NCBI GenBank assembly: GCA_903900905.1
Contig: CAIUPC010000584.1
Span: 1-61,451 of the forward strand
Source: an uncultured Acetobacteraceae bacterium
GTDB lineage: Bacteria > Pseudomonadota > Alphaproteobacteria > Acetobacterales > Acetobacteraceae
Length of the DNA stretch: 61,451 nt
Direction of reading: 5' to 3'
Part shown: positions 24,457 to 34,452 of the stretch, in pieces
Layout: every line of letters starts with the position of its first letter
How positions within the stretch are numbered: the first letter of the stretch is position 1
Translations under genes and position numbers: made by a program
The notes under the pieces: model-generated
Seen by the model: only the letters and a program-made list of their open reading frames with translations
What the model was told of the DNA's origin: nothing
The model's database searches: none

Positions 24457-25143
24457 ATGGAACCACCCTACGTGACAACGGCTGACACGATTATTGGGCG
24501 GCTTGCAGCAGCGGGCGTTCCATATCTAGCAAACTCCAACATTTCCAACGTGCTGGAGCCGGGCGACGTGGCCGCAATCGAGGCCGAAGCAGAACAGCAC
24601 TTGCTGGCGCTCCTGCGCTGCTTGGTCATCGACGTGGATCACGACCACAATACGCGCGACACAGCCGCCCGCGTGGCGCGGATGTTCGTTCGTGAAGTGT
24701 TCGCGGGCCGCTATCAGCCGCAGCCCCGCTTGACCTCGTTCCCGAACGTGAACCAAGTCGATCAGTGCTACGCAGTCGGACCGATCACCGTGCGCTCGGC
24801 CTGCTCGCACCACCTCGTGCCCATCCACGGCCAGGCATGGGTGGGCGTGATACCGGGCGAGCGCCTGATAGGACTGAGCAAATTCCACCGTTTGGTGGAA
24901 TGGGTAATGGCGCGGCCGCAAATCCAAGAGGAAGCCGCGAACCAGCTTGCCGACGCCATCGAGCAGGCGGTTCAGCCCCGGGCGCTGGCGGTCATCGTGC
25001 GGGCTTCGCACATGTGCTGCGAGTGGCGAGGCGTGCGGGATAACGGCTCCCTGATGACCACCAGCGTCATGCGCGGCCTGTTCAAGCAGGACAGCGACGC
25101 ACGGCGCGAGTTCCTGACCCTCATTCGCGGAATGCAATACTGA
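24457..25143 (+). CDS. folE: GTP cyclohydrolase I
   Basis: DTAARVARMF, SACSHHL, GLSKF.R, RPQIQE, HMCCEWRG. Confidence 0.95.
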   Translation: MEPPYVTTADTIIGRLAAAGVPYLANSNISNVLEPGDVAAIEAEAEQHLLALLRCLVIDVDHDHNTRDTAARVARMFVREVFAGRYQPQPRLTSFPNVNQVDQCYAVGPITVRSACSHHLVPIHGQAWVGVIPGERLIGLSKFHRLVEWVMARPQIQEEAANQLADAIEQAVQPRALAVIVRASHMCCEWRGVRDNGSLMTTSVMRGLFKQDSDARREFLTLIRGMQY

Positions 25144-25577
25144 TGGCCTACCGCATCACGCGCCGCCACGAAATCCACTGCGGCCACCGTGTCACCGGCC
25201 ACGAGTCCAAATGCGCGCACTTGCATGGGCACGCCTATGTGTTCGATCTGACGTGCGAGGCAGCCGAACTTGACCCGCTTGGCCGCGTAATCGACTTCGC
25301 CGTTATCAAGGAGCGCGTGTGCCGCTGGCTTGAGGATGTGTGGGACCATCGGATGCTGCTGTGGCAGCACGACCCGATGTTGCCGGGCCTGCGCGCGCTG
25401 GACCCGTCTGTCGTCGCCGTGCCGTTCAACCCGACCGCCGAGAATATCGCGCGGTTCGTGGTCGATGTGGTCGGGCCGCAGACACTCGAAGGCACCGGCG
25501 TTCGGCTCGTCGCCGTGTCGGTGCAAGAGACCAGCAAGTGTTCCGCGCAGTATGAAGCGCCGCGCCATGACGCCTGA
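25143..25577 (+). CDS. queD: 6-carboxy-5,6,7,8-tetrahydropterin synthase
   Basis: GHRV..HESKC.HLHGH, VIDF, WDH, NPTAEN, ET. Confidence 0.92.
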   Translation: MAYRITRRHEIHCGHRVTGHESKCAHLHGHAYVFDLTCEAAELDPLGRVIDFAVIKERVCRWLEDVWDHRMLLWQHDPMLPGLRALDPSVVAVPFNPTAENIARFVVDVVGPQTLEGTGVRLVAVSVQETSKCSAQYEAPRHDA

Positions 25578-26253
25578 CCCCGACGAACTGCCGGTCAACG
25601 AACTGTTCGACACGATTCAGGGTGAGGCGACGTGGGCCGGCACGCCCAGCACGTTCGTTCGATTGCAAGGCTGCGCAGTCGGTTGCCCATGGTGCGATAC
25701 CAAGCACACCTGGGCGTGCGACCCGCAGAAAGCGCGCACGTTCGTTGAAATCCTGCACAAGGACGGCGACGCGGCCAGTTATGCGATGGTTCGCCTGTCG
25801 TTCTTGCTGAACGAGATGCACCACCGCAAGCCGCGGCATGTGGTGATCACCGGCGGCGAGCCATGCGAGCATGACCTGACGCAACTAACCGCAGGCATCG
25901 CGCGGCTGTCGGCGCGGGCGCAAATCGAAACCAGCGGCACCAGCCCGATTCGCGCAGCCCCGAGCGCGTGGGTCACGCTGTCGCCGAAGTTGGACATGCC
26001 GGGCGGAAAGCCGGTGCTGGCCGATAGCGTCCAGCGCGCGGACGAGATCAAGATGCCGGTCGGCAAGGCCGCTGACATTGAAAAACTGGCGGCATTCCTG
26101 CGCGAGCATCGCAGTGACCGCGTGCGGCAGATACCTGTGTGGCTTCAACCGCTGTCGATGAGCAAGGCAGCCACGGCGCTGTGCGTGCAGGCCTGTTTCG
26201 AGCATGGCTGGCGCGTGTCGGTGCAGACGCACAAGTTCATGGGGCTGCGATGA
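25567..26253 (+). CDS. queE: 7-carboxy-7-deazaguanine synthase (radical SAM)
   Basis: ELFDTIQGE...FVRLQGCAVGCPWCDT, ITGGEP, IETSG, SPK, SVQTHK. Confidence 0.93.
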   Translation: MTPDPDELPVNELFDTIQGEATWAGTPSTFVRLQGCAVGCPWCDTKHTWACDPQKARTFVEILHKDGDAASYAMVRLSFLLNEMHHRKPRHVVITGGEPCEHDLTQLTAGIARLSARAQIETSGTSPIRAAPSAWVTLSPKLDMPGGKPVLADSVQRADEIKMPVGKAADIEKLAAFLREHRSDRVRQIPVWLQPLSMSKAATALCVQACFEHGWRVSVQTHKFMGLR

Positions 26254-26609
26254 AGCGGCGCGCAAAATACGCACGCGAAGGGCGGCCGGAGCATGTGCCC
26301 ACCGAGGCCAATCGCAAGTTGATCATGATCGCGATTGGCATGGGCGCGACGCAAGACGATGTGGCCGAAGAAATCGGCATCGCCAAGCACACGCTGGCGA
26401 AGCACTACCGCGAAGATTTGGACATGGCGACCGCGCGCTTTCAGACCAAGTTGCGCATCCGCGCTGGCGTGAAGGCGCTGGCAGGCGACCGGACCATGCA
26501 AATCTTCCTGCTGAAAACCAAATGCGGGTTCCGAGAAACGAGCGAGGTCGTCGGTGAGAACGGCGGCCCCGTCCAGATCATCATCAGCGGCGACGACGCC
26601 AAACTTTAG
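26250..26609 (+). CDS. Terminase small subunit
   Basis: GRPEHVPT...IGIAKHTLAKHYREDL...IFLLKTKCGFRET; directly upstream of TerL. Confidence 0.8.
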   Translation: MKRRAKYAREGRPEHVPTEANRKLIMIAIGMGATQDDVAEEIGIAKHTLAKHYREDLDMATARFQTKLRIRAGVKALAGDRTMQIFLLKTKCGFRETSEVVGENGGPVQIIISGDDAKL

Positions 26610-27891
26610 CCTCACGGATCGGCAGGTCGAGGCAAACCGCCTGCTGGGCAGCAACGCCACTCACATCATGCTGCGCGGCGGCAGCCGGTCGGGCAAGACG
26701 TTCCTGATCTGCCGGGCCATCGCCGTCCGCGCGCTGCGCAAGACCAGTTCGCACGCCATCCTCCGGTTCAAGCGCGACCATCTCAAGCAGTCGGTCGTGA
26801 TGGATACCTGGCCCAAGATGTGGCGCCTGTGCTTTCCGAATGCGGGCTACACGCTGAACAAGTCGGAACTGTCGATCACGGTTCACGGCACCGGCAGCCG
26901 CATCCTGTTCGGCGGGCTGGACGACGCGGAACGCACCGAGAAAATTCTTGGGCAAGAGCACTCGACGATGTATCTCAACGAGTGCTCGCAGATCAGCTAC
27001 GACGCGCGCAACAAGGCGGTCACTCGTCTGGCGCAAAAATCCGGCCTGCCGCTGCGGTTCTACTACGACTGCAACCCGCCCAGCGTCGGCCACTGGACCT
27101 ATCAACTGTTCGAGCGCGGCGTTGAACCACGCTCGCGCCGCCCGCTGATTGATCCGTCGAACTATGCGTCGATGATGCTCAACCCGCGCGACAACCTCGC
27201 CAATCTACCGGCCGAAGTGATCGCCGAGTTGCAGCAGTTGCCCGAGAAGGACCGGCTGCGGTTTCTGGAAGGGCAATATCTGGCGCAAGTCGATAATGCG
27301 CTGTGGACGTACGACCGCCTCGACGCCTGCCGCGTGGGGCGCGAGCAAGTGCCTGACCTCAAGCGCGTTGTGGTGGCCGTGGACCCGTCAGGGTGCAGCG
27401 GCCCCGAAGATCAGCGCAGCGACGAGATCGGCATCGTGGTGGCAGGCATCGACCGCGCCAATCGCGGCTACGTGCTGGAAGATGTCTCAGGCCGCTACTC
27501 GCCGGAAGGCTGGGCCAGTGTCGCATTGGCCGCGCTGGACCGGCACAAGGGCGACCGCATCATCTGCGAAAGCAACTTCGGCGGTGCGATGGTCGAGAAC
27601 ACCATTCGCGCCGTGCGCAAGTCGGCACCCGTCAAGCTGATCGCCGCCAGCCGCGGCAAGGTGCAGCGGGCCGAGCCGGTCGCGGCGCTGTATGAAACCA
27701 AGCAAGTCGCGCACGTCGAATCGTTCCCGGACCTCGAAGAACAACTCTGCAACTTCTCGACCGCTGGCTACCAAGGCCCGCGCTCGCCTGACCGGGCCGA
27801 CGCCGCAATCTGGGCGCTGACCGAATTGTGCATCGGCCTTGAGCCGCCGCCTGCCGCCCGCATCGCCCGCATCGCCATGCTGGGCCGCTAA
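26554..27891 (+). CDS. Terminase large subunit (start uncertain, see findings)
   Basis: Walker A GGSRSGKT, Walker B YLNE, CNP, nuclease VAVDP...DRADA. Confidence 0.92.
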   Translation: MRTAAPSRSSSAATTPNFSLTDRQVEANRLLGSNATHIMLRGGSRSGKTFLICRAIAVRALRKTSSHAILRFKRDHLKQSVVMDTWPKMWRLCFPNAGYTLNKSELSITVHGTGSRILFGGLDDAERTEKILGQEHSTMYLNECSQISYDARNKAVTRLAQKSGLPLRFYYDCNPPSVGHWTYQLFERGVEPRSRRPLIDPSNYASMMLNPRDNLANLPAEVIAELQQLPEKDRLRFLEGQYLAQVDNALWTYDRLDACRVGREQVPDLKRVVVAVDPSGCSGPEDQRSDEIGIVVAGIDRANRGYVLEDVSGRYSPEGWASVALAALDRHKGDRIICESNFGGAMVENTIRAVRKSAPVKLIAASRGKVQRAEPVAALYETKQVAHVESFPDLEEQLCNFSTAGYQGPRSPDRADAAIWALTELCIGLEPPPAARIARIAMLGR

Positions 27892-27991
27892 CCGCCGACC
27901 CGCCGCGAGACGCGGCATGACCAAAGCGCCGCGCGATGCGGATCACTGACCCTGCCAACATGGGCTGACCGCCCGCATCTGGAGAAACCCA

Positions 27992-29491
27992 ATGGCGTTC
28001 CAAAACCTCACCTCGGGGACGGTCTATCTCGCGCTGGGCACGGCGCTGTCCGCCACCGGCGTGTTCACCGAACTGACCGGCACCGGCTACGCGCGGCAGG
28101 CCATCACGGCGCAGTATGACGCCGTGGCAGGCGTGATCGTGTTCCCGGCTGGCGTCACCTTCACCGCCGGTGGCACATGGTCCGCCAGCAACTACGCGGC
28201 GATCTTCGACTCGCTGAATGGCGGCAGCCTGCTGATGGTATGGGCCGCCCCGGGCACGGCGCTCGCCAGCGGTGCCACGCTCGCCATCGCGGCGCAGGCG
28301 TACAACATCACGGTGAGCGCCAGCGTGATGGGGCCGAACAAGTCGGTCACGAACTTCACCGCCATCGGCAGCATCACCGGCACATCCATTCTGGCGCAAG
28401 GCGCGCTGGTCTATTCCGGCGTGCCGATTGGCATGAGCGCCACCGGCGTGCTGTCGCCCACTGCTTCCAGTTATTCGCCCCTGACGCAGCCCGCCGTGGT
28501 GTTCCGCGACGTGCTGGACGGCGGCGATATGACGGTCAACCCGTTCCAGCGCAACATCCCGGGCCTGGCCACCGCTGGCGTCGCAAGCGCCGTGGCGAGC
28601 AATACGCCGGTCTATTTCGCGGATCGCTGGTTCGCCGTGGGCGGCGCTTCGTCCTCGATCACGCAAGCGGTCGTCGCCAACACCAGCCTGACCGGCTTCA
28701 ACCAGACGCTGCAATGGGGTCGCACGGCCAGCAATGCCAACACCGCCCCAATTTTTCTCGGTCAGGTGATCGAACCCATCGACGTTGTGCGCCTGCAGGG
28801 CCAGTTGATGACGCTGAGCTTCTACGCGCTGGCGGGTGCCAACTTCTCGGGCGGCACGCTGACGGCATCGGTCGTGTCCGGCACCGGCAACGCCGCCAAT
28901 ACCACGGCGGCGAACCTTGCCACCGGCGCATGGACGGGTGCCACCACGCTGGCAACGTCGCCGTTCACGCTGACCACCACGGCGCAGCGCTTCCAGATGA
29001 CCGTGCCGCTGGTGCCGGCCAACGCGGTCCAGTTGGGCGTTCTGTTCAGCTACACGCCGAGCGGCACGGCGGGTGCCAGTGACAACGTGCAGTTCTTCGA
29101 CATCGACCTGAGCCTGGGCAGCCCGGCCAGCCCGGCCGAGCGCCGCGACATCCAGTTGGAACTCGAACTGGCGCAGCGCTTCTGCTGGGTCATCGCCGAG
29201 CCCGCCAACGGCGTGCTTGTGGCTCCGGGCACCACGACCGCCGCCAATACGCAAAGCTACTACCTCGCAACCCCGGTGCAGTTCCGCGCCGCTCCGACGC
29301 TGACTGTGGCCACCGGCAGCTTCAAGGTGGCGGCGGGCGCCGCAGCCGCCTTGGCGACAATCTCGGCTGGCGGCACGCACACCATCAACGCCATCAGCCT
29401 GACCAGCGCGGTCACGGCGGCGGCGGGCGTTGGCGCGTTGGTCGTCGGCGGCGGTGGCTCCGGCTACGTCATCGCCAGCGCGGACTACTAA
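27992..29491 (+). CDS. Virion fibre/decoration-like protein
   Basis: GYARQAI N-terminal domain; DGGDMTVNPFQR...ADRWF...TLSFYA...ELELAQRF as in phage fibre carbohydrate-binding-like domains. Confidence 0.55.
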   Translation: MAFQNLTSGTVYLALGTALSATGVFTELTGTGYARQAITAQYDAVAGVIVFPAGVTFTAGGTWSASNYAAIFDSLNGGSLLMVWAAPGTALASGATLAIAAQAYNITVSASVMGPNKSVTNFTAIGSITGTSILAQGALVYSGVPIGMSATGVLSPTASSYSPLTQPAVVFRDVLDGGDMTVNPFQRNIPGLATAGVASAVASNTPVYFADRWFAVGGASSSITQAVVANTSLTGFNQTLQWGRTASNANTAPIFLGQVIEPIDVVRLQGQLMTLSFYALAGANFSGGTLTASVVSGTGNAANTTAANLATGAWTGATTLATSPFTLTTTAQRFQMTVPLVPANAVQLGVLFSYTPSGTAGASDNVQFFDIDLSLGSPASPAERRDIQLELELAQRFCWVIAEPANGVLVAPGTTTAANTQSYYLATPVQFRAAPTLTVATGSFKVAAGAAAALATISAGGTHTINAISLTSAVTAAAGVGALVVGGGGSGYVIASADY

Positions 29492-29499
29492 GCCGCGCC

Positions 29500-30966
29500 A
29501 TGTTTGACACGCTGGCCGAGAAAGTCCCGCAGGACAAAGACTTGCCCGTGCGGGCTTGGCGGCTGGCGGTCATGCGGCGCGTGCTGCAAGGCACGCTCTA
29601 TGACGTGCTCAAGCAGCAATTCCACGACGAACGGAACGGCAGCGGCGAATATGTGCCGCTGCGCCAACGCAAGCCCTCGGTGCGGTACAACCTGTGCCGC
29701 ATCGTGGTGCGCGATACCGTCTCGATGCTGTTCGGTGACGGGCACTTCCCGGCCATCGAATGCGGCAACCCCGATCAGCGCACCCAACTGACCGCGCTGC
29801 TGGCCGATGCCAAATTGGCCTCGGTGATGTCGGACGCCGCCTATCGCGGATCGGTCGGGTCAATCGCCGTGCGAATGCGCGTGCTGGAAAGCCGGTTGTT
29901 CTTCGACGCGATGGACACCGACTACCTCACGCCGGCCTATAAGGCCGACGCACCCGACACGCTGGAAAAGGTGGTGGAGCGCTACAAGGTGCTCGGTCGC
30001 GAACTGGCAGCACGCGGCTACACCATCCCGGACGAACATCTCGACGCGGCATGGTGGTTCCAGCGCGAATGGACCGACAGCGCCGAAAACTGGTACATGC
30101 CGAAGCGCGTCAATGACGAGGACAAGACGCCGCCCGCGCTGGACGAGCAAAACACCGTGTACCACGGCCTCGGGTTCGTGCCGCTGGTCTGGATCAAGAA
30201 CATGCCGGGCGGCGACGGCATCGACGGCGAATGCACCTTCCGGCCCGCTGTCGAAACCAGCATCGAGATTGACTACCAGCTATCGCAGGCCGGGCGGGGG
30301 CTGAAATACTCGTCCGACCCGCTGCTGATGATCCGCGAACCTGCAGGGGCAGAAGGCGAGATGATTCGCAGCGCCGGTAATGCGCTGGTCGTCTCGGAAA
30401 AGGGCGATGCCAAATTGCTGGAAATCGACGGCACGGCTTCCAGCGCGGTCATCGAATACGTGCGCTTCCTGCGCGAAGTCGCGCTTGAGAGCATCCAAGG
30501 CAATCGCAGCAGCGCCGACAAGCTGGCCGCCGCACAATCCGGCCGCGCTTTGCAAATGCTGCACCAATCGCTGATCTGGCTGACCGACGACTTGCGCACC
30601 AGCTACGGCGACAATGGCGTGCTCAAACTGGCCCGCATGGTCGCTGCCGCCGCGCAGATATTCCCGCTGAAAACCGCAGACGGCGTCGCGCGCAAGATCG
30701 CGCCCAATTTGCCGATCTCGCTGCGCTGGCCCGCGTGGTTCCACCCGACCGAGTTGGACAAGCGGGAGCAGGCATCGACGCTCTCCGACTTGCGCGAATC
30801 CGGCCACATCAGCCGCCGCACGGCGGTCAGCGTGCTGGCCGACAGCTACGGCATCGACGCCGTGGACGACGAACTCGCCCGCATCATTGAGGACGAGGTT
30901 GCTGCCGACGCGCGCGACGCGGCGCGAGCCGCGCAGACCAAGGCCGTGGAAACACCGCCGGGCTAG
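29500..30966 (+). CDS. Portal protein
   Basis: 488 aa downstream of TerL; YNLCRIVV...LFG, HGLGFVPLVWIKN, SGRAL motifs of SPP1-like portals. Confidence 0.8.
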   Translation: MFDTLAEKVPQDKDLPVRAWRLAVMRRVLQGTLYDVLKQQFHDERNGSGEYVPLRQRKPSVRYNLCRIVVRDTVSMLFGDGHFPAIECGNPDQRTQLTALLADAKLASVMSDAAYRGSVGSIAVRMRVLESRLFFDAMDTDYLTPAYKADAPDTLEKVVERYKVLGRELAARGYTIPDEHLDAAWWFQREWTDSAENWYMPKRVNDEDKTPPALDEQNTVYHGLGFVPLVWIKNMPGGDGIDGECTFRPAVETSIEIDYQLSQAGRGLKYSSDPLLMIREPAGAEGEMIRSAGNALVVSEKGDAKLLEIDGTASSAVIEYVRFLREVALESIQGNRSSADKLAAAQSGRALQMLHQSLIWLTDDLRTSYGDNGVLKLARMVAAAAQIFPLKTADGVARKIAPNLPISLRWPAWFHPTELDKREQASTLSDLRESGHISRRTAVSVLADSYGIDAVDDELARIIEDEVAADARDAARAAQTKAVETPPG

Positions 30967-31034
30967 CCCGCGATGGGCACCGCCGCCGGGCGCATCCGGC
31001 ACACGGCCCGTGACGGGCACAATCAGGAGCCGAG

Positions 31035-31622
31035 ATGGCTGACGATCCCCCCCCCAACATCGACACGCTGACGGCGCAACTGGCTGCGGCGAGCGCCGAA
31101 CTGGCAAACGCCAAGGCGCGCATCAGCGAGTTGAACAACGAAGCCAAGGGCCACCGGCTCAACGGCGACAACCACAAGCGGGCAGCCGAGGAAGCCGCGG
31201 TCGCGCGTGACGCCGCGATTGCCGACAAGGCCGCGAAGTTGGCCGAACTGGAAGCCGCGAAGGCAGAAGCGATCAAGGCCGCTGAAACCAAAGCGGCCGA
31301 GGCGCTGAGCAAGGCCGAGCAGCGCGCGATCAATGCGGACTTGCGCATCGCCGCCAAGGACGCGGGCGCACACGACGCATCCGACATTCTGGCACTGCTG
31401 GACCGCAGCAAGGTCAAGACCAACGACGCGGGCGATGTGACCAACGCCGCCGATCTGATGGCCGAACTGAAAAAGGCCAAGCCGCATCTCTTCGGCGCGA
31501 CCAGCACCAGCAACCCGAAAGACCCGCCCAAGCCCAAGGATCCCGCCGCCAAGAAAGTCAGCGAGATGACCGACGCAGAATACGAAGCGTCGAAGCGGAA
31601 TCGGGCGTGGCGCAACAATTGA
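31035..31622 (+). CDS. Capsid scaffolding protein
   Basis: Ala/Lys/Glu coiled coil ending KKAKPHLFG; located between portal and capsid. Confidence 0.75.
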   Translation: MADDPPPNIDTLTAQLAAASAELANAKARISELNNEAKGHRLNGDNHKRAAEEAAVARDAAIADKAAKLAELEAAKAEAIKAAETKAAEALSKAEQRAINADLRIAAKDAGAHDASDILALLDRSKVKTNDAGDVTNAADLMAELKKAKPHLFGATSTSNPKDPPKPKDPAAKKVSEMTDAEYEASKRNRAWRNN

Positions 31623-31750
31623 TCTCCTCCGGTCGGCGCGTGCGCCGGGGAGACGACTGACCCAGCGCACGCCGCCGCCCTTTTGTCCCTTGGGCAAGGA
31701 CAACAACCGACGCCGCAAGGCGCGGGCACTCTTTGACATGGAGCCTCACG

Positions 31751-33178
31751 ATGGCACTCAACGACCTTCCCGCCGCACTTCAGTCGGTGATCCAGGCGGG
31801 CTATCTGGAACGCGAGTTCAAGAAGCCGCTGCAAGCGAAGCTGGGCTTCCGCATGGTGGCCGACCGCGAGCCGTTTGCCGCAGGCATTGGCGAGACGATC
31901 ACCAAGACCCGCACCGGCTTGCTGCCCGCCGTGACCGCGCCGATGGCCCCGGCCAGCGTGACGGATTTCACCAGCGGCCTGACGCCGCAGAACTATTCGA
32001 CCGAGCAGTACACGCTGGGCGTGGCGCAGTATCCCGGCGTGATGATGCTCAACATCGCCACCGCTCGCGTTGCCATCGACGATCTGTTCCTGCGCAATGC
32101 GTTTACGCTGGGCGAGCAGGCGGCCCGCTCGGTGGACACGCTGGCACAGCGCGCGCTGTTCGATCAGTACATGGGCGGCAACACCCGCGTCATCACCACG
32201 CTCGGCTCGCCCGCCACCACGCTGCGCGTCGATGACGTGCGCGGCTTCTTCAACACGCTGAACACGGCGGGTCAGCCGGTTGTGGTTTCGTCCTCGTTCA
32301 CGCTGGCCGTCCAGGTCGGCAGCAACATCTACACGCTGACCGGCGTGCAGGCGGACGGCGCGGCCCCGGCCTCGCTCAACCCGTGGATGGCGAACCTCGC
32401 GTTTTCGGGCAGCAACACCAACATCAGCACCGCGCCGGGCGGCTATTCCGGCGTGCTGACCTTCAGCAGCAACGTCAGCGTGGCGGACGGCACCGCTGGC
32501 AACGCCGTGGTGGCGGGCACCGCGCCTGCCATCTTCCGGCCGATCATCGGCACATCGTTCAGCACCGGCACGCAATGCGCCACCACGGCTGCCATCTCCG
32601 CCGCTGCCGACTACAACGCCGGTCGCCTCGGGATGCAGCAAATCCTGACCGCCAAGGCCACGTTGAGCGCCAACGGCGTGCCGCCCGTCGATGCCACCGG
32701 CAACTATCACCTGTACGCCGACCCCATCCACCTGACCGGCCTCTACGCCGATCCGCAGTTCCAGTTGTTCTTCCGCGGCAAGCCCGACACGTCCGAGTAC
32801 AAGCGCGGTGTCGTATCCGAACTGCTGGGCGTGACGATCATCGAAACCAACCTCAACCCCGTGCAGGCGCTGGCCGGCGTGGGCACCGTGCGCCGCGCCG
32901 CGCTGTGCGGCCAGGGCGCGCTGGTCGAAGCGGAGTTCACCCGCACCGGCTATGCCGAGGCCAGCAAGGTGGACGATGCGGACGGCATGATGGTCGTGGT
33001 CGATGGCATCGCGCACATCACACGCGAGCCCATCGACGCGCTCAAGCAGGTTGTCACGCAGGCGTGGTCCTACATCGGCGGCTTCGTCGCGCCCACCGAT
33101 GCGACCACCAACCCGAACACCGTGCCCACCGCCAGCAACGCCGCGCTCAAGCGCGCTGCGATCCTCGAAAGCCTGTGA
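31751..33178 (+). CDS. Major capsid protein
   Basis: GGAG RBS, MALNDLPAALQSVIQAGYLEREF...GETITKTR; follows the scaffold gene. Confidence 0.8.
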   Translation: MALNDLPAALQSVIQAGYLEREFKKPLQAKLGFRMVADREPFAAGIGETITKTRTGLLPAVTAPMAPASVTDFTSGLTPQNYSTEQYTLGVAQYPGVMMLNIATARVAIDDLFLRNAFTLGEQAARSVDTLAQRALFDQYMGGNTRVITTLGSPATTLRVDDVRGFFNTLNTAGQPVVVSSSFTLAVQVGSNIYTLTGVQADGAAPASLNPWMANLAFSGSNTNISTAPGGYSGVLTFSSNVSVADGTAGNAVVAGTAPAIFRPIIGTSFSTGTQCATTAAISAAADYNAGRLGMQQILTAKATLSANGVPPVDATGNYHLYADPIHLTGLYADPQFQLFFRGKPDTSEYKRGVVSELLGVTIIETNLNPVQALAGVGTVRRAALCGQGALVEAEFTRTGYAEASKVDDADGMMVVVDGIAHITREPIDALKQVVTQAWSYIGGFVAPTDATTNPNTVPTASNAALKRAAILESL

Positions 33179-33381
33179 ACCCTCGTCCGAAGCTGGTGGC
33201 GGCGCACTCCGCGCCGTCACCAGTGGCGTTGCCTGCCCGCGTGCGCGTGCAGCACCGCTACGGCTACATCGACGAAGAAACCGGCCGCTCGCGCATGTGG
33301 GAGGCCGGTGATATGATCGTCGATGCCGGGGAAATTGCGCTGCTGGTCGGTCGCGGCGCACCGCTTGACGTGATCGAGTAG
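33175..33381 (+). CDS. Small head-associated protein
   Basis: GTGA overlap; YGYIDEETGRSRMWEAGD. Confidence 0.55.
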   Translation: MNPRPKLVAAHSAPSPVALPARVRVQHRYGYIDEETGRSRMWEAGDMIVDAGEIALLVGRGAPLDVIE

Positions 33382-33388
33382 CGCCGCC

Positions 33389-33784
33389 GTGGCCTTCACC
33401 GCCTACACCTTCACCGACACGCAACTGACCGACATCCGCCGCTTCTGCGGCTTCGGCATGTATGGTGACGGGTCAGTTGTGGGCGGCGCGCCGTGGATGA
33501 TGACCTACTATCTGGCGCTGGAATACAAGCTCCAGCACATGAGCACCGCCGAAGGCGCGGTCGTCGTCGCCCGGCTGGCTGACCTGAACACGCTGGAAGC
33601 GGCGATCCCGGCTGCAAGCAGCACGCTCAACGTGGCGCAAGCCGGGCCGTTCACGCGCAACGCGAACGAAATCCGCGACCGGATGGCGCTGTTCAACACA
33701 TGGCGGCGCGAGTTGTGCGCCTTCCTGATGATTCAACCCGGGCCGGGCTTGCCTGCCGCCGGTGGCATCAAGCTGGTGGTCTGA
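33389..33784 (+). CDS. Head-tail adaptor
   Basis: DIRRFCGF...RRELCAFL..PGPGL; position after the capsid gene. Confidence 0.6.
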   Translation: MAFTAYTFTDTQLTDIRRFCGFGMYGDGSVVGGAPWMMTYYLALEYKLQHMSTAEGAVVVARLADLNTLEAAIPAASSTLNVAQAGPFTRNANEIRDRMALFNTWRRELCAFLMIQPGPGLPAAGGIKLVV

Positions 33785-34452
33785 TGACCGGCACCACCAT
33801 CGCGCCGGTTTTTCAGATTGCGCCGCGCACCGTGGCCGCCGTGCTGGGCTTGCCGATGGCGCAATACCGGCCATCCAGCGCGGGGGCGGTGATCGCGGGC
33901 GGCAACTTGCTGCGCACGCTGCCGGTCTGGATCACAGGCGACAAAAAGGGCATGGGCACCACGCCGTTCGACTATGAGCAGCCGGTTGCCTATGCGAGCG
34001 TCGATCCGGCGTTGACCTCCATCGGTGATTATCTGGTGGGCGCGATCTGGCCGGGCGGCACCAGCCAGACTTTCTTCATCTCGTCGATGGACTTGCCCGC
34101 GCCGATTCAGGTTGTGAACTGCAACCGCGTGCTGACCTTTTCCCGGCCAAGCGGACAGAACCCCGGGCCCTCGTACTACGGCGGCGACATAGCAGCGACG
34201 GAAACGCCGCTGTTGACCGCGTGGCCCGCCGCCGTGGCGGCCAAGGGCAAGCGGCAATCCGGCGAAGTGCGCCTGCCGGGCGACATGGATTTGCCGTGGT
34301 ATGAGATCCTGCTGCCGCCTTCGGTGCCGGTGCAACTGCTGTCGATGGATGTCGTGATGGACGATCAGGCCATCCCGGTGCGCTACGTGGTGAGCGAGAC
34401 GGAACAGACGACGCTGGGCTGGCGATTGTCGGCACGCGCGGCGGTGCCCTGA
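33784..34452 (+). CDS. Head closure/neck protein
   Basis: Position and beta-rich composition; TGATG coupling. Confidence 0.5.
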   Translation: MTGTTIAPVFQIAPRTVAAVLGLPMAQYRPSSAGAVIAGGNLLRTLPVWITGDKKGMGTTPFDYEQPVAYASVDPALTSIGDYLVGAIWPGGTSQTFFISSMDLPAPIQVVNCNRVLTFSRPSGQNPGPSYYGGDIAATETPLLTAWPAAVAAKGKRQSGEVRLPGDMDLPWYEILLPPSVPVQLLSMDVVMDDQAIPVRYVVSETEQTTLGWRLSARAAVP

